Source of the DNA: Candidatus Woesearchaeota archaeon
GTDB lineage: Archaea; Nanobdellota; Nanobdellia; Woesearchaeales; DSVV01
Direction: 5' to 3'
Assembly: GCA_018657385.1 (NCBI GenBank)
Contig: JABHXF010000034.1
Location: 8,081-72,080, forward strand
DNA: 64,000 bases
The notes under the pieces are model-generated. The model saw nothing but the letters and a program-made list of their open reading frames with translations, was not told where the DNA came from and did not search any database. Positions within the stretch are counted from its first letter, which is position 1. The number at the start of each line of letters is the position of its first letter. A program made the position numbers and the translations under genes. Positions 37,996 to 52,562 of this stretch are shown one piece after another.

Positions 37996-40737
37996 ATGAT
38001 AATTAAAAAGAAAAAATATAAAAAAAACATATTTTCTTCTATTCTCAAAAAGATATTTAATAAGAAATCTTTAATTATATTAGGAATATTTTTACTAATT
38101 GCATGTTTCTTAGTTGGACTATTATCAGGTTTAGCAGTAAGTGGATTTTTTGGAAGCTTAGACAATCCATCTCAAAATGCAATTGGAATTATTGATGCAA
38201 TTGGAATTAAAACTATTGCAAGACCATTAATTCCAAAAATGCAAGATGTGATTTATACAATCAATGGAATTAAAGAAGAGAATATTAAGATCCCATTAAA
38301 CATTATCAAGGGATTCTTTTCCAAACCTGAGAAAATCTACATTGATATTGCTTTTGAGGATTATCAAAAAATAGCATACAAAAGAGAGAAAAGTTTAGCA
38401 TTGAGAGTTCATTTAACTGAAGATGATGATTATGTTCCAGGAACAATTAGATATAATGATGAAACATACAAAGTAAAACTAAGATTAAAAGGAGATTTAT
38501 TAGATCATTTAAGATCAGATAAATGGTCTTTTAGAATTAAAATAAGAAATAGCAAAACCTTATTTGGTATGGAAACGTTCTCTATTCAAACACCTAAAGC
38601 AAGAAATTGGCTAAATGAAATTGTTTATCAACATGTTTTGAAAAAAGAAGGTATAATTACACCAAGAACTAAATTTTTAGAAGTAGTAATAAATGGAAAA
38701 AATAAAGGCATATATGAGTTAGAAGAACATTTTGATAAAATCATGATTGAAAACAATTTGTTAAGAGAAGGACCAATAATTAAATTTAATGAAAATCTAA
38801 GATATATTAACAAAGTCTATTCTCCAAGTATTGGTTATAACAATAATGCAGGTGTTTATCTTTTTACAGATATAGATTCATTACAAACAAATAAAATAAT
38901 GAAAAATCCAGTATTATTTAATCAATTTGATGTTGGAAAAAATAGAATAGAATTATTTAGACAAGGAAAATTAAAAACTAGTCAAGTTTTTGATAGTGAA
39001 AAGTTAGCTAAATATTTTGCATTATCTGAGTTAACAGGGGCACAACATGGTTTATTCTTCCATAATCATAGGTTTTATTATAATCCTGTTACAACTAAGT
39101 TAGAACCAACTGGATTTGATGGTGATGCAGGAAAAGAAATTGTAGACCTCATATTTGTAGATGATCATTTATGGATAAGAGAATTATTTAAAGATGTTGA
39201 TTTTTTTGAAGCTTATATTAAAGAGCTTGAAAAGATATCTAATAAAGAATATGTTGATAATATATTTTCAGAATTAAAAGAAGAAAATAAAAGAAATATA
39301 AACATACTTCACAAAGATAATCCATTTTATCATTTCTCTAAAGATGTTTATTACAATAACATGGAAATAATTAACAAATATCTTAATCCAGGAAAAGCAT
39401 TGCAGGCTTATTTTTATCAGCAAAAAACTATTATAAAAGAAAGAACAGAAATTAAGGAAAGTGTTATTGTAAAAGTAAGTAATGTTCAATCAATGCCTTT
39501 AGTTATAGAAAATGTAATGCTTGAAGTAGAAAATCAGAAAATTGAATTACAAACTGAAGAAAAACAGATTCTTTTACCCTATTATCCTGAAGAATTCCCA
39601 GAATACAAAAAATTAGAATTTATTATACCTAAAGAATTTGAATGGAAAGATGAATATGCAAAAAATATGAGTATTAACTTTAAAATTTTAGGTACAGAAA
39701 AATTAAGAAGTGAAAAAATAATTCCTTGGTCTAATTTAGATGATAATTTTATAGAGGATGATATTATACTTAAAGAAAGTAATATTGAAGAATTTGAATT
39801 TATAGAGATTATAGAAAATGATGATGATAATAAAAAAATTCAAATTAAAAATGGAAAATGGGACATTAATAAGGACATAATTATCCCTAAAGGATACACA
39901 GTATTTTGTAATGAAGGAACTACAATTAACCTAATAAATAATGCAATTATGTTATCATACTCACCAATAATATTTATTGGATCAGAAGAAAAGCCAATAA
40001 AAATAATATCATCAGATAGTACTGGAGAAGGATTAGTTCTATTAAATACAAATAATGAAAAAAATATAAATGACAAAGAAAGCAAATCTGAGTTAAGACA
40101 TGTAATATTTGATAATTTAGGTACACCTTCAAAAAAAACATGGCAATTAACAGGTGCAGTTACATTTTATGAGTCTGATGTTGAAATTGAAAACTGTAAA
40201 TTTCTAAATGCAAGATCTGAAGATGGATTAAACATTATAAGATCAAAGTTTGAAATGAAAAATACAATAATTGAAAATACATTTTCAGATGCTTTTGATA
40301 TAGACTTTGGAGAGGGAATTTTAGATGGTATTTTCTTTATGAATTGTGGAAATGATTGTTTAGATACATCCGGAAGTAATATTGAAGGGAATAACATAAA
40401 TGTAGTAAATGTTGGAGATAAGGGAATTAGTATTGGAGAAAAAAGTAAAGCTGTTCTTACAAATGTAAATGTAAGAAATGCATTTATTGGTATAGCAAGT
40501 AAAGACCAATCTGAATTGATAATCAATAAGCTATCTGTTGCAGACTCAAAATATGGGATAGGAATATATCAGAAAAAAGCAGAGTATGGTTCAAGCAAAA
40601 TTAGAATTGAAAATTATGAATTGGAAAATAATAACCAAAGACACATAACTGAAGAAGGTTCTGTATTGATTTTAGATGATGAGATTATAAATGGTCAAGA
40701 AAAAAAGGTTTATGATATATTATATGGAGTTGAATGA
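37996..40737 (+). CDS. CotH-family atypical protein kinase domain protein (913 aa). It has an N-terminal membrane anchor, a central CotH domain and a C-terminal right-handed beta-helix repeat region.
   Basis: CotH core WSFRIKIRNSKTLFGMETFSIQTPKARNWLNEIVYQHVLKKEGIITPRTKFLEVVINGKNKGIYELEEHFD. The C-terminus has parallel beta-helix-like repeats (NCGNDCLDTSGSNIEGNNINVVNVGDKGISIGEKSKA...). Confidence 0.6.
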   Translation: MIIKKKKYKKNIFSSILKKIFNKKSLIILGIFLLIACFLVGLLSGLAVSGFFGSLDNPSQNAIGIIDAIGIKTIARPLIPKMQDVIYTINGIKEENIKIPLNIIKGFFSKPEKIYIDIAFEDYQKIAYKREKSLALRVHLTEDDDYVPGTIRYNDETYKVKLRLKGDLLDHLRSDKWSFRIKIRNSKTLFGMETFSIQTPKARNWLNEIVYQHVLKKEGIITPRTKFLEVVINGKNKGIYELEEHFDKIMIENNLLREGPIIKFNENLRYINKVYSPSIGYNNNAGVYLFTDIDSLQTNKIMKNPVLFNQFDVGKNRIELFRQGKLKTSQVFDSEKLAKYFALSELTGAQHGLFFHNHRFYYNPVTTKLEPTGFDGDAGKEIVDLIFVDDHLWIRELFKDVDFFEAYIKELEKISNKEYVDNIFSELKEENKRNINILHKDNPFYHFSKDVYYNNMEIINKYLNPGKALQAYFYQQKTIIKERTEIKESVIVKVSNVQSMPLVIENVMLEVENQKIELQTEEKQILLPYYPEEFPEYKKLEFIIPKEFEWKDEYAKNMSINFKILGTEKLRSEKIIPWSNLDDNFIEDDIILKESNIEEFEFIEIIENDDDNKKIQIKNGKWDINKDIIIPKGYTVFCNEGTTINLINNAIMLSYSPIIFIGSEEKPIKIISSDSTGEGLVLLNTNNEKNINDKESKSELRHVIFDNLGTPSKKTWQLTGAVTFYESDVEIENCKFLNARSEDGLNIIRSKFEMKNTIIENTFSDAFDIDFGEGILDGIFFMNCGNDCLDTSGSNIEGNNINVVNVGDKGISIGEKSKAVLTNVNVRNAFIGIASKDQSELIINKLSVADSKYGIGIYQKKAEYGSSKIRIENYELENNNQRHITEEGSVLILDDEIINGQEKKVYDILYGVE

Positions 40738-40768
40738 TTAGTAAAATCAATAAAAGAATTAAATTAAA

Positions 40769-41470
40769 ATGATACACAAATTCCTAAATCCTAAAAAATT
40801 CAGATATGAAAGAAAGTTTCTTGTAGAAGAACTTGGAAAGAAAGAAGCATTATTTGTTATTAAAGAAAATCCAGCAATGTTCTCAGAAATATTTCACGAG
40901 CGAAGAATAAACAATATTTATTTTGATTCAAGTAACATGGAAAGTTATCATGATAATGTAATGGGAAATAGTCAAAGAGTAAAAATAAGAATTAGATGGT
41001 ATAATGATTTATTTGGTCATATTAAAAAACCAGTTTTAGAAATCAAAATTAGAAATAATGAATTAGGCTCAAAACAATCATATCAATTAAAACCATTTAT
41101 TCTTGGAAACAATACATCAAAAGATTGGTTAATAAAAGAAGTTATTTGTAAGTCCAGTCTTCCAAGATGGTTAGTAGAACACATAAAATCTCTTAAATTT
41201 GCTTTGTTAAATAGTTATACAAGAAGATATTTTAGATCTGCTGATAAAAAATATAGAATAACAATAGATTATGATCTAAAATTTAATGAAATATTTCAGA
41301 ATAACAATAAATTTGTTAAAACAATCAACCATAAAGAGTATATAATATTAGAACTGAAATATGAAAGAGATGCCGATGAAGGTGCAGAGAATATTACTAA
41401 CAGTTTCCCATTTAGATTAACTAAGAGTTCAAAATTTGTATCAGGAATAGATTCTATTAGTGAAGCATAA
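40769..41470 (+). CDS. VTC-domain (CYTH-like triphosphate tunnel, polyphosphate-polymerase-type) protein
   Basis: RYERKFLVEE..., IYFDSSNMESYHD, RVKIRIRWYND and LEIKIRNN, the alternating basic beta-strand pattern of the VTC/CYTH family. Confidence 0.55.
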   Translation: MIHKFLNPKKFRYERKFLVEELGKKEALFVIKENPAMFSEIFHERRINNIYFDSSNMESYHDNVMGNSQRVKIRIRWYNDLFGHIKKPVLEIKIRNNELGSKQSYQLKPFILGNNTSKDWLIKEVICKSSLPRWLVEHIKSLKFALLNSYTRRYFRSADKKYRITIDYDLKFNEIFQNNNKFVKTINHKEYIILELKYERDADEGAENITNSFPFRLTKSSKFVSGIDSISEA

Positions 41471-41538
41471 TTAAGTTAAATCCAACCAATAATATATGAA
41501 GATATATTAAAAAATATATATTAACATTTATCAAGAAA

Positions 41539-42327
41539 ATGAAATTAAAAATAAGCAAAAACATTTACCAGAGCATATACAAATATTTAGATTATATTAG
41601 ATATTATGGTATTTTTAATTCCATTACACGTCTACCAAATTATTTGTTAGAAAAAGCATGGAATGTTTTAATTGATTACCCGGCAAGTAAGCTAATAGGA
41701 TCAAAACAAACTAAGAAACTATATTTCAATTTATTTAAACTGAGATGTGAATATGGTCTTTTTTTAGGAAAAAAGAGATTATGGATTGGAAATTATACAA
41801 TGCAAAGGGTCTATAAAATAGTTTATGTTGATATTAAAAAAATAAAATATAGAACTGATCAAAAAGGATCACCATTTTTTATTGAATCTGGAAAATGGGA
41901 TAAAAATAAAAGAAAAATACCATTACATCCAACAATAAAACAATTATTTGTTGATCATTATGATTATAAAGAAACACAACAATATAAAAATATGAAAAAA
42001 GCAGTATTAAAGGGTGAATATAACAAAAGTTATTGGTGCAGAACATTAAAAGAAGTAGATAAATATTTTGAAATATTAATCTCAGCATATGATAGTATTA
42101 AGAAAAAAGGATATAAAACACAACTACAACTAAAAAAAATCAACAAAAAAGGAAAATATAATAGACTAGATGAGATTAGAGTTTCTATTGATAGAAATGG
42201 AAATTATCTTATGGAAAACTCAGGAAATCATAGATTAGGAATTGTAAAATTATTAAAGATTAAAAAAGTACAAGTAGTAATAATAAGAATCCATTATTTA
42301 TGGTGGAAGAAGATTAATAAGATTTAA
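41539..42327 (+). CDS. hypothetical protein (262 aa, very basic)
   Basis: ORF only. It lies between the VTC gene and the TagF-like gene. Confidence 0.4.
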   Translation: MKLKISKNIYQSIYKYLDYIRYYGIFNSITRLPNYLLEKAWNVLIDYPASKLIGSKQTKKLYFNLFKLRCEYGLFLGKKRLWIGNYTMQRVYKIVYVDIKKIKYRTDQKGSPFFIESGKWDKNKRKIPLHPTIKQLFVDHYDYKETQQYKNMKKAVLKGEYNKSYWCRTLKEVDKYFEILISAYDSIKKKGYKTQLQLKKINKKGKYNRLDEIRVSIDRNGNYLMENSGNHRLGIVKLLKIKKVQVVIIRIHYLWWKKINKI

Positions 42328-42385
42328 AAAGATTAAATATGGGATTTAGAAATGATTACGTTTTCAACACAATTGGTTAAATAAA

Positions 42386-43798
42386 ATGGTTAAATATGGT
42401 GCAAGATTAAATAAAGATGATTTAAGATATTTAAAAAATCGTTTAGATGAATTAAACCAAGATATATTAACATACAAAAACATAAATTTGGTAGAAAAGT
42501 GTGAATTAGAGTTAATTTATAGTAATCAATCTAAATTTTTAATTTCTAGTGCATTTAATAAATTAAAACATATAAGAATGAGTTTAAGATCAATTATTTC
42601 AAAACCAAAAAAAGGTAATCAAAATAAAATTTTATTTTTATTGTACACTAACAGCCATATTAACAATAGCAGATCTATAATAAATGAGTTAGGTGAAAAA
42701 GCATTGGTTGTAAAAAAAGATGGATTTACTAATCATGTTGCAAAAAAACTTAAAAGAAATAATATAGAATTTAATGATATTGAAGGATATGATAAATCTA
42801 AAAAAAACATATCAACAGCTGAAAAATCATTAGACAAAGCATATAATGAATTAGTAAAAGAAGATAAGATTGAAAAACCAATGCTAAAATATATGTTTAA
42901 ATCCTATTTCCCTGAGGTGATTAAATATATTGAATTAATAAACAACATGTTAGAATTTGAAAAACCAAAATTATTAGTTGTAATGAATGAAATTACAACA
43001 TTAGGAAACATAGCTGTTTCTATTGCAAAAGAAAAAAAGATTCAAACATTATGTATCCAACATGGAGCAATAGCAAATAATCCAGGTAGTTTTGTACCTG
43101 TTTCTGTTGATAAAGTAGCAGTTTGGGGAGAATATTCAAAAAAAGTAATGATGGAACATAATACACCTGAAGAAAAAATAGTTATAACAGGTGCCCCACA
43201 ATTTGATATATTAAAAGATTATAATAAGGGAATAACACCTAAAATTGCAAAAGAAATTGGTTTAGATATAACAAAAAAATATGTTTTAATTACAACACAA
43301 AATTATCCATTTATGGAAGATGTACTAAGATCAGTATGTAATACTGTAAAATTAATTCCAGAATTACAATTAGTAATTAAAACACATCCATCTGAGTATT
43401 TTGCTGATAAATATGTCAAAATTGCTCAAAAATCAGGAATTAAAAGCATAGTTACAAGTAAATACCTGTATCCTTTATTAAAAAGCTGTAGTGCAATGAT
43501 AACTGTTTCTTCAACTACTGGTATGGAAGCATTGATGATGAAAAAGCCAGTAATTACTGTTAATTATACTGGATCTGAAGATCCTATGCCCTATGCAGAA
43601 AATGGGGCAGCAATTGGTGTATATAAAGAAGAAGAATTGTTACCAGCTATAAAAGCAGTAATAAATAATGATGATAATAATGATAAAATAAATGAAATAA
43701 TTAAGAAATCTAAAAATTTCCTATATGATAGATGCCATGTAATTGATGGAAATGCATCTCAAAGAATTGTTGAATTAATCCACAAAATAAGTAATTAA
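42386..43798 (+). CDS. CDP-glycerol glycerophosphotransferase (TagB/TagF)-like polyol-phosphate transferase
   Basis: GT-B-like C-terminal half with KKYVLITTQNYPF, ...VIKTHPSEY... and ...SAMITVSSTTGMEALMMKKPVIT, which resemble the TagF motifs. This is a family-level call only. Confidence 0.4.
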   Translation: MVKYGARLNKDDLRYLKNRLDELNQDILTYKNINLVEKCELELIYSNQSKFLISSAFNKLKHIRMSLRSIISKPKKGNQNKILFLLYTNSHINNSRSIINELGEKALVVKKDGFTNHVAKKLKRNNIEFNDIEGYDKSKKNISTAEKSLDKAYNELVKEDKIEKPMLKYMFKSYFPEVIKYIELINNMLEFEKPKLLVVMNEITTLGNIAVSIAKEKKIQTLCIQHGAIANNPGSFVPVSVDKVAVWGEYSKKVMMEHNTPEEKIVITGAPQFDILKDYNKGITPKIAKEIGLDITKKYVLITTQNYPFMEDVLRSVCNTVKLIPELQLVIKTHPSEYFADKYVKIAQKSGIKSIVTSKYLYPLLKSCSAMITVSSTTGMEALMMKKPVITVNYTGSEDPMPYAENGAAIGVYKEEELLPAIKAVINNDDNNDKINEIIKKSKNFLYDRCHVIDGNASQRIVELIHKISN

Positions 43799-44134
43799 TC
43801 TAATAATCAAAATTTGCCAATTTTAAATTGTCTCGCCAACTATCCCTATGCTGAAGCATGGAGCATAACCTGAGCATAGCTCAGCTGTGCACAAAATACT
43901 ACGCATTTTGTTGTATTAGGGGTTCGTAAATTGATTGGCAAATTTTCATTCTTTCAAATTAAAGCGAACTGTATCCTACATCCACAACTTGAAATATGTG
44001 GTCTTAGGACTTTAATTTGAAATAACCTAAAAAATCTATTTCTTTATAAATAAACTCTTAAATTTTAAGACAAAATGACAAAAAAAGATTAGTTTTTCGC
44101 AAACTTTATAAAAAGTTTAGGGATATTAAAAACA

Positions 44135-44617
44135 ATGAAAAAACCAAAAAAATTAGATGATAAAAATTGTGCAATATTAAGATTATTGCAAGAAAACTGC
44201 AGAATGTCACTTACAGAAATTTCTAGAAACGTTGGATTATCTGTTGATTCTGTTAAAAAGAGAATTAATAAGATGATAAATGAAAATGTCTTCTTTCCTA
44301 AAATCCAGTTAAGACCTAGGAACTTTGGCTATAATAATGTAGTAGATATTAAAATAAAGATTCAGAATTATAATGAAGAAGAAATAAATGAATTTATTAC
44401 ATACCTAAAAGAACATCCAAGAGTTGTTGAATTATTCTCTATTGCTGGTGATTGGAACTTCTCAATTGTAATAATTGCAAAAGATGCACTTGAACAAGGA
44501 AGATTAACTGAAGAGATTAGAAATAGATTTAGTAAAATTATTGCTGGTTGGTCAGAATCATTAACTACTAAGGCATATAAATTTGAAGAATATGATATGA
44601 CTAAATTAATGGAATAG
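44135..44617 (+). CDS. Lrp/AsnC-family transcriptional regulator
   Basis: N-terminal HTH LDDKNCAILRLLQENCRMSLTEISRNVGLSVDSVKKRINKM and a C-terminal RAM/AsnC_trans domain. Confidence 0.85.
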   Translation: MKKPKKLDDKNCAILRLLQENCRMSLTEISRNVGLSVDSVKKRINKMINENVFFPKIQLRPRNFGYNNVVDIKIKIQNYNEEEINEFITYLKEHPRVVELFSIAGDWNFSIVIIAKDALEQGRLTEEIRNRFSKIIAGWSESLTTKAYKFEEYDMTKLME

Positions 44618-44701
44618 TAGAATATAATATGTTTAGAAAATATTTAGTATTTAGTGTAATATGAGATGGAGATTAAATTAACAAAGCATTAAGGTGATAA
44701 A

Positions 44702-47401
<2,700 letters not shown>

Positions 47402-47460
47402 TTTGAAATTTAAAAAATTATTGAAAAAGAATAATAATAACAATAATAAACATACAAAAA

Positions 47461-49547
<2,087 letters not shown>

Positions 49548-49551
<4 letters not shown>

Positions 49552-51101
49552 TTATAGGTAAATCATGCATGTATATTAATTATAATAACAAAAAAACAAA
49601 AATGAAACAAGAACAAAGAAACAGATTATTAGAAGAAAGAAATAATTTAGATACTGATTTTGTTAGTGAAAAGAGTAAAATAATCAACATTAAAATTCTT
49701 GAGTTGAATGAGTTAAATAATGCCAGAAATATTGGAATATATTATCCTAAAGATTGTGAAGTTGATACTAAAGAATTAATTAAAAAGTTAATTGAAAATG
49801 GAAAAAATGTGTTTTTGCCAAAAGTTATAAAAAATAATGATAAAGACATAGATAATGATGAAATGGAATTCAAAGAAATAAAAAACTTTGAAGAACTTGT
49901 TTATGGAGAGTATGGTATAAAAGAACCTAGTGAAAATTCGAGAAAAATAAATGCTGAAGAAATAGATGTATTAATTATGCCTTGTGTTGGAGTTGACACA
50001 AAAGGCAATAGAATTGGTAGAGGAAAAGGGTATTATGACAAATATCTTGAAAGTGTAAGCAAAGCAAAGAAGATTTGTGTTGCATATGATTTTCAAATTA
50101 TAGATAATGAAATAGAAAAAGAAGCACATGATAAAAAAGTAGATATAATAATTACAGAAAGTAAAATAATTACAACTGATGAAATAATTAATTCAAACGC
50201 ATTTAAATTATTAGATGGAAAAAAGTTAGCAGATCAAATTAATGAAAAAGTTAAGCAAGAAATTAATTCATATTCTAATAAAGAATTAATAAAAGTTCCT
50301 AAGCTAGTTGCTATAATTGTAGGAGAAGATCCTGCATCAAAATTATATGTTAGAATAAAAGGAGAAAAATGTAAAGAAGTTGGAATTAATTTTGAAAAAT
50401 TGAGTTATTCTGAAGAGATGGATGAAAATGAATTAATAAATGAAATAGAAAAACTAAACAATGAAAAAGAAGTAACTGGAATAATGATACAATTGCCTTT
50501 ACCAAAACATCTAGACAAAGAAAAAATAATTAATAAAATTAGTGTTAAAAAAGATATTGATGGCCTTACTCAAGAAAACAGAATATTACTTTCTCAAGGA
50601 GATGAAAGCTTAGCATGCTGTGCCCCAAAAGGGATTATGAGGTTATTAGATGAAAATAATATTGAGCTTAAAGGAAAAAATATAGTTGTTCTAGGAAAAG
50701 GATATCTAGTTGGTTATCCATTTATATTAATGTTAAAAAATAGAAATCTTGATTTTACAGTATGTGATTGTAATACGCAAAACATACAAGAATTTACTAG
50801 AAAGGCAGATATATTAATAACAGCAACAGGAAATGCTCACTTAATTAAATCAAATGACATAAAAGAAGGTGTAGTGATTATTGATGCAGGATGTGCAAAA
50901 GTAGGAGGATGTGTTGTTGGAGATGTAGATTTTGAAGATGTGAAAAATAAATCATCTTACATAACACCTATAATTGGTGGTGTTGGACCTGTAACAGTTG
51001 CTATATTGATGGAAAACATATTAACTGCACATAAAAATTCATTCATAAGAGAAACAAAAGAAATCAATGAAACAAATCAGAGGAATGAAGAAGATGACTA
51101 A
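49548..51101 (+). CDS. fusion of 5-formyltetrahydrofolate cyclo-ligase (MTHFS) and bifunctional methylene-THF dehydrogenase/methenyl-THF cyclohydrolase (FolD)
   Basis: MTHFS part IDVLIMPCVGVDTKGNRIGRGKGYYDKYL. FolD part LVAIIVGEDPASKLYVRIKGEKCKEVGI...GIMIQLPLPKHLDKEKIINKISVKKDIDG...PIIGGVGPVTVAILMEN. It overlaps the upstream gene by 4 nt. Confidence 0.75.
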
Positions 51102-51801
51102 AAAGATAGTAATTTATGGATCTGGTGGATCAGGAAGAGAAGTTAAGATGTTTATTGATCAAATTAATGAACATTATAATAATGAAGATTACAAAAACAA
51201 TCAAAATAATGAAAATAAGAAGGTTTTTGAGATAATTGGATTTATTGATGATAATCCTGAAAAGAAAGGTACAATTGTAGTAGATAATCTAAAAATCATA
51301 GGAGATTTTAATTATTTATTAAATTATAATGATCAATTAAATGTAGTTATTGCAATAGGAGAGATGACAATTAGAAAAAGCATATTTGATAAGATAAAAC
51401 AAAATACAAAACTAAAGTTTCCAAATATAATTCATCCTAGTGTAATATATGAGAAAAAAACAAGCAACATAGGAAAAGGTAATATTATTTCATCTGGAGC
51501 TGTAATTAGCACTAATTTTTCATGTGGAGATTTTAATCATATTCATTTGAATGCAGCAATAGGACATGATTTTAGATGTGGAGACTATTGCAATTTGTTT
51601 CCTGGTATTAATATTGCTGGAATGGTTAAGATGCATGATTTTTGTGAAATTGGGTTAGGATCAAGCATTAGACAATGTATTGAAATTCCAACAAATGTCA
51701 GAGTTGCTGGCTGTTCATTCATAATGAGAAACCCAGAACCAAATTATAGTTATATTGGAGTACCAATTAGAAAATTTTTCAAACTTAAAGAAATCAAATA
51801 A
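51094..51801 (+). CDS. hexapeptide-repeat sugar N-/O-acetyltransferase (NeuD/PglD/PseH-like)
   Basis: N-terminal Rossmann-like IVIYGSGGSGREV and C-terminal left-handed beta-helix repeats. The start is likely ATG 51094 (MTKKIVIYG), overlapping the FolD stop by 8 nt. Confidence 0.65.
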   Translation: MTKKIVIYGSGGSGREVKMFIDQINEHYNNEDYKNNQNNENKKVFEIIGFIDDNPEKKGTIVVDNLKIIGDFNYLLNYNDQLNVVIAIGEMTIRKSIFDKIKQNTKLKFPNIIHPSVIYEKKTSNIGKGNIISSGAVISTNFSCGDFNHIHLNAAIGHDFRCGDYCNLFPGINIAGMVKMHDFCEIGLGSSIRQCIEIPTNVRVAGCSFIMRNPEPNYSYIGVPIRKFFKLKEIK

Positions 51802-51880
51802 TAATAATAATAATAATAATTTAAAAAAATTAAAAAAACAAGATGAATTAATAATATAATAACACAAATGAGGCAAAAAT

Positions 51881-52231
51881 ATGAACCTAGAAATTGGAAC
51901 TGATATAGAAGAAATAACAAGATTCAGAGAAAAGCCTTATGATAAGAATAAAGGATTTTATGAAAAAGTATTCACTGAAAATGAAATTTTATATTGTATG
52001 GAAAAAGCAGACCCATATCAACATTTTGCAGTGAGGTTTTGTGCTAAAGAAGCTGTAATAAAAGCATTACAAAATAAAAAGGTTTCATTTAATGAAATTG
52101 AAGTTATTAATGAAGATAATATTCCTAAAATTAAAATTAATTTAGAGAATTTTAATGAGATGGATATTAAAGTATCATTATCACATACAAAAAATTATGC
52201 TGTTGCATATGTTATTGTAGTTAAAAATTAA
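51881..52231 (+). CDS. acpS: holo-[acyl-carrier-protein] synthase (4'-phosphopantetheinyl transferase, AcpS type)
   Basis: IGTDIEEITRF...FTENEILYC...RFCAKEAVIKAL. Confidence 0.75.
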   Translation: MNLEIGTDIEEITRFREKPYDKNKGFYEKVFTENEILYCMEKADPYQHFAVRFCAKEAVIKALQNKKVSFNEIEVINEDNIPKIKINLENFNEMDIKVSLSHTKNYAVAYVIVVKN

Positions 52232-52246
52232 GAATAAGGTGAAAAA

Positions 52247-52498
52247 ATGAATGAAGAAGAAGTAAAAAACGAAATAACAAACATATTCAAAGAAACATTT
52301 CCAGAACTAAAAGAAAAAGAGCTTGAATTAGATAAACATCAGAATGATTTTGAAAACTGGGATTCATTTGCACATATGGAAATTGTTGGAAAAGTTGAAG
52401 AAAAATTTAAAGTTAGCTTAGAGATGGATGAAGTAATTAGCTTAGAAACACCACGAAAATTTATTGAAATTATTGTTAAGAAGACTAGTGGAAGTTAA
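52247..52498 (+). CDS. acyl carrier protein-like (83 aa)
   Basis: The phosphopantetheine-attachment Ser lies in NWDSFAHMEIV (DS motif). It is a helical acidic protein. An AAGGTG RBS is present. Confidence 0.6.
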   Translation: MNEEEVKNEITNIFKETFPELKEKELELDKHQNDFENWDSFAHMEIVGKVEEKFKVSLEMDEVISLETPRKFIEIIVKKTSGS

Positions 52499-52562
52499 TG
52501 ATTAGACAAAAGACCAGTAAAAATTAAAATTTATAATAAAACAAGCAGAGGAGGAAATAAAG

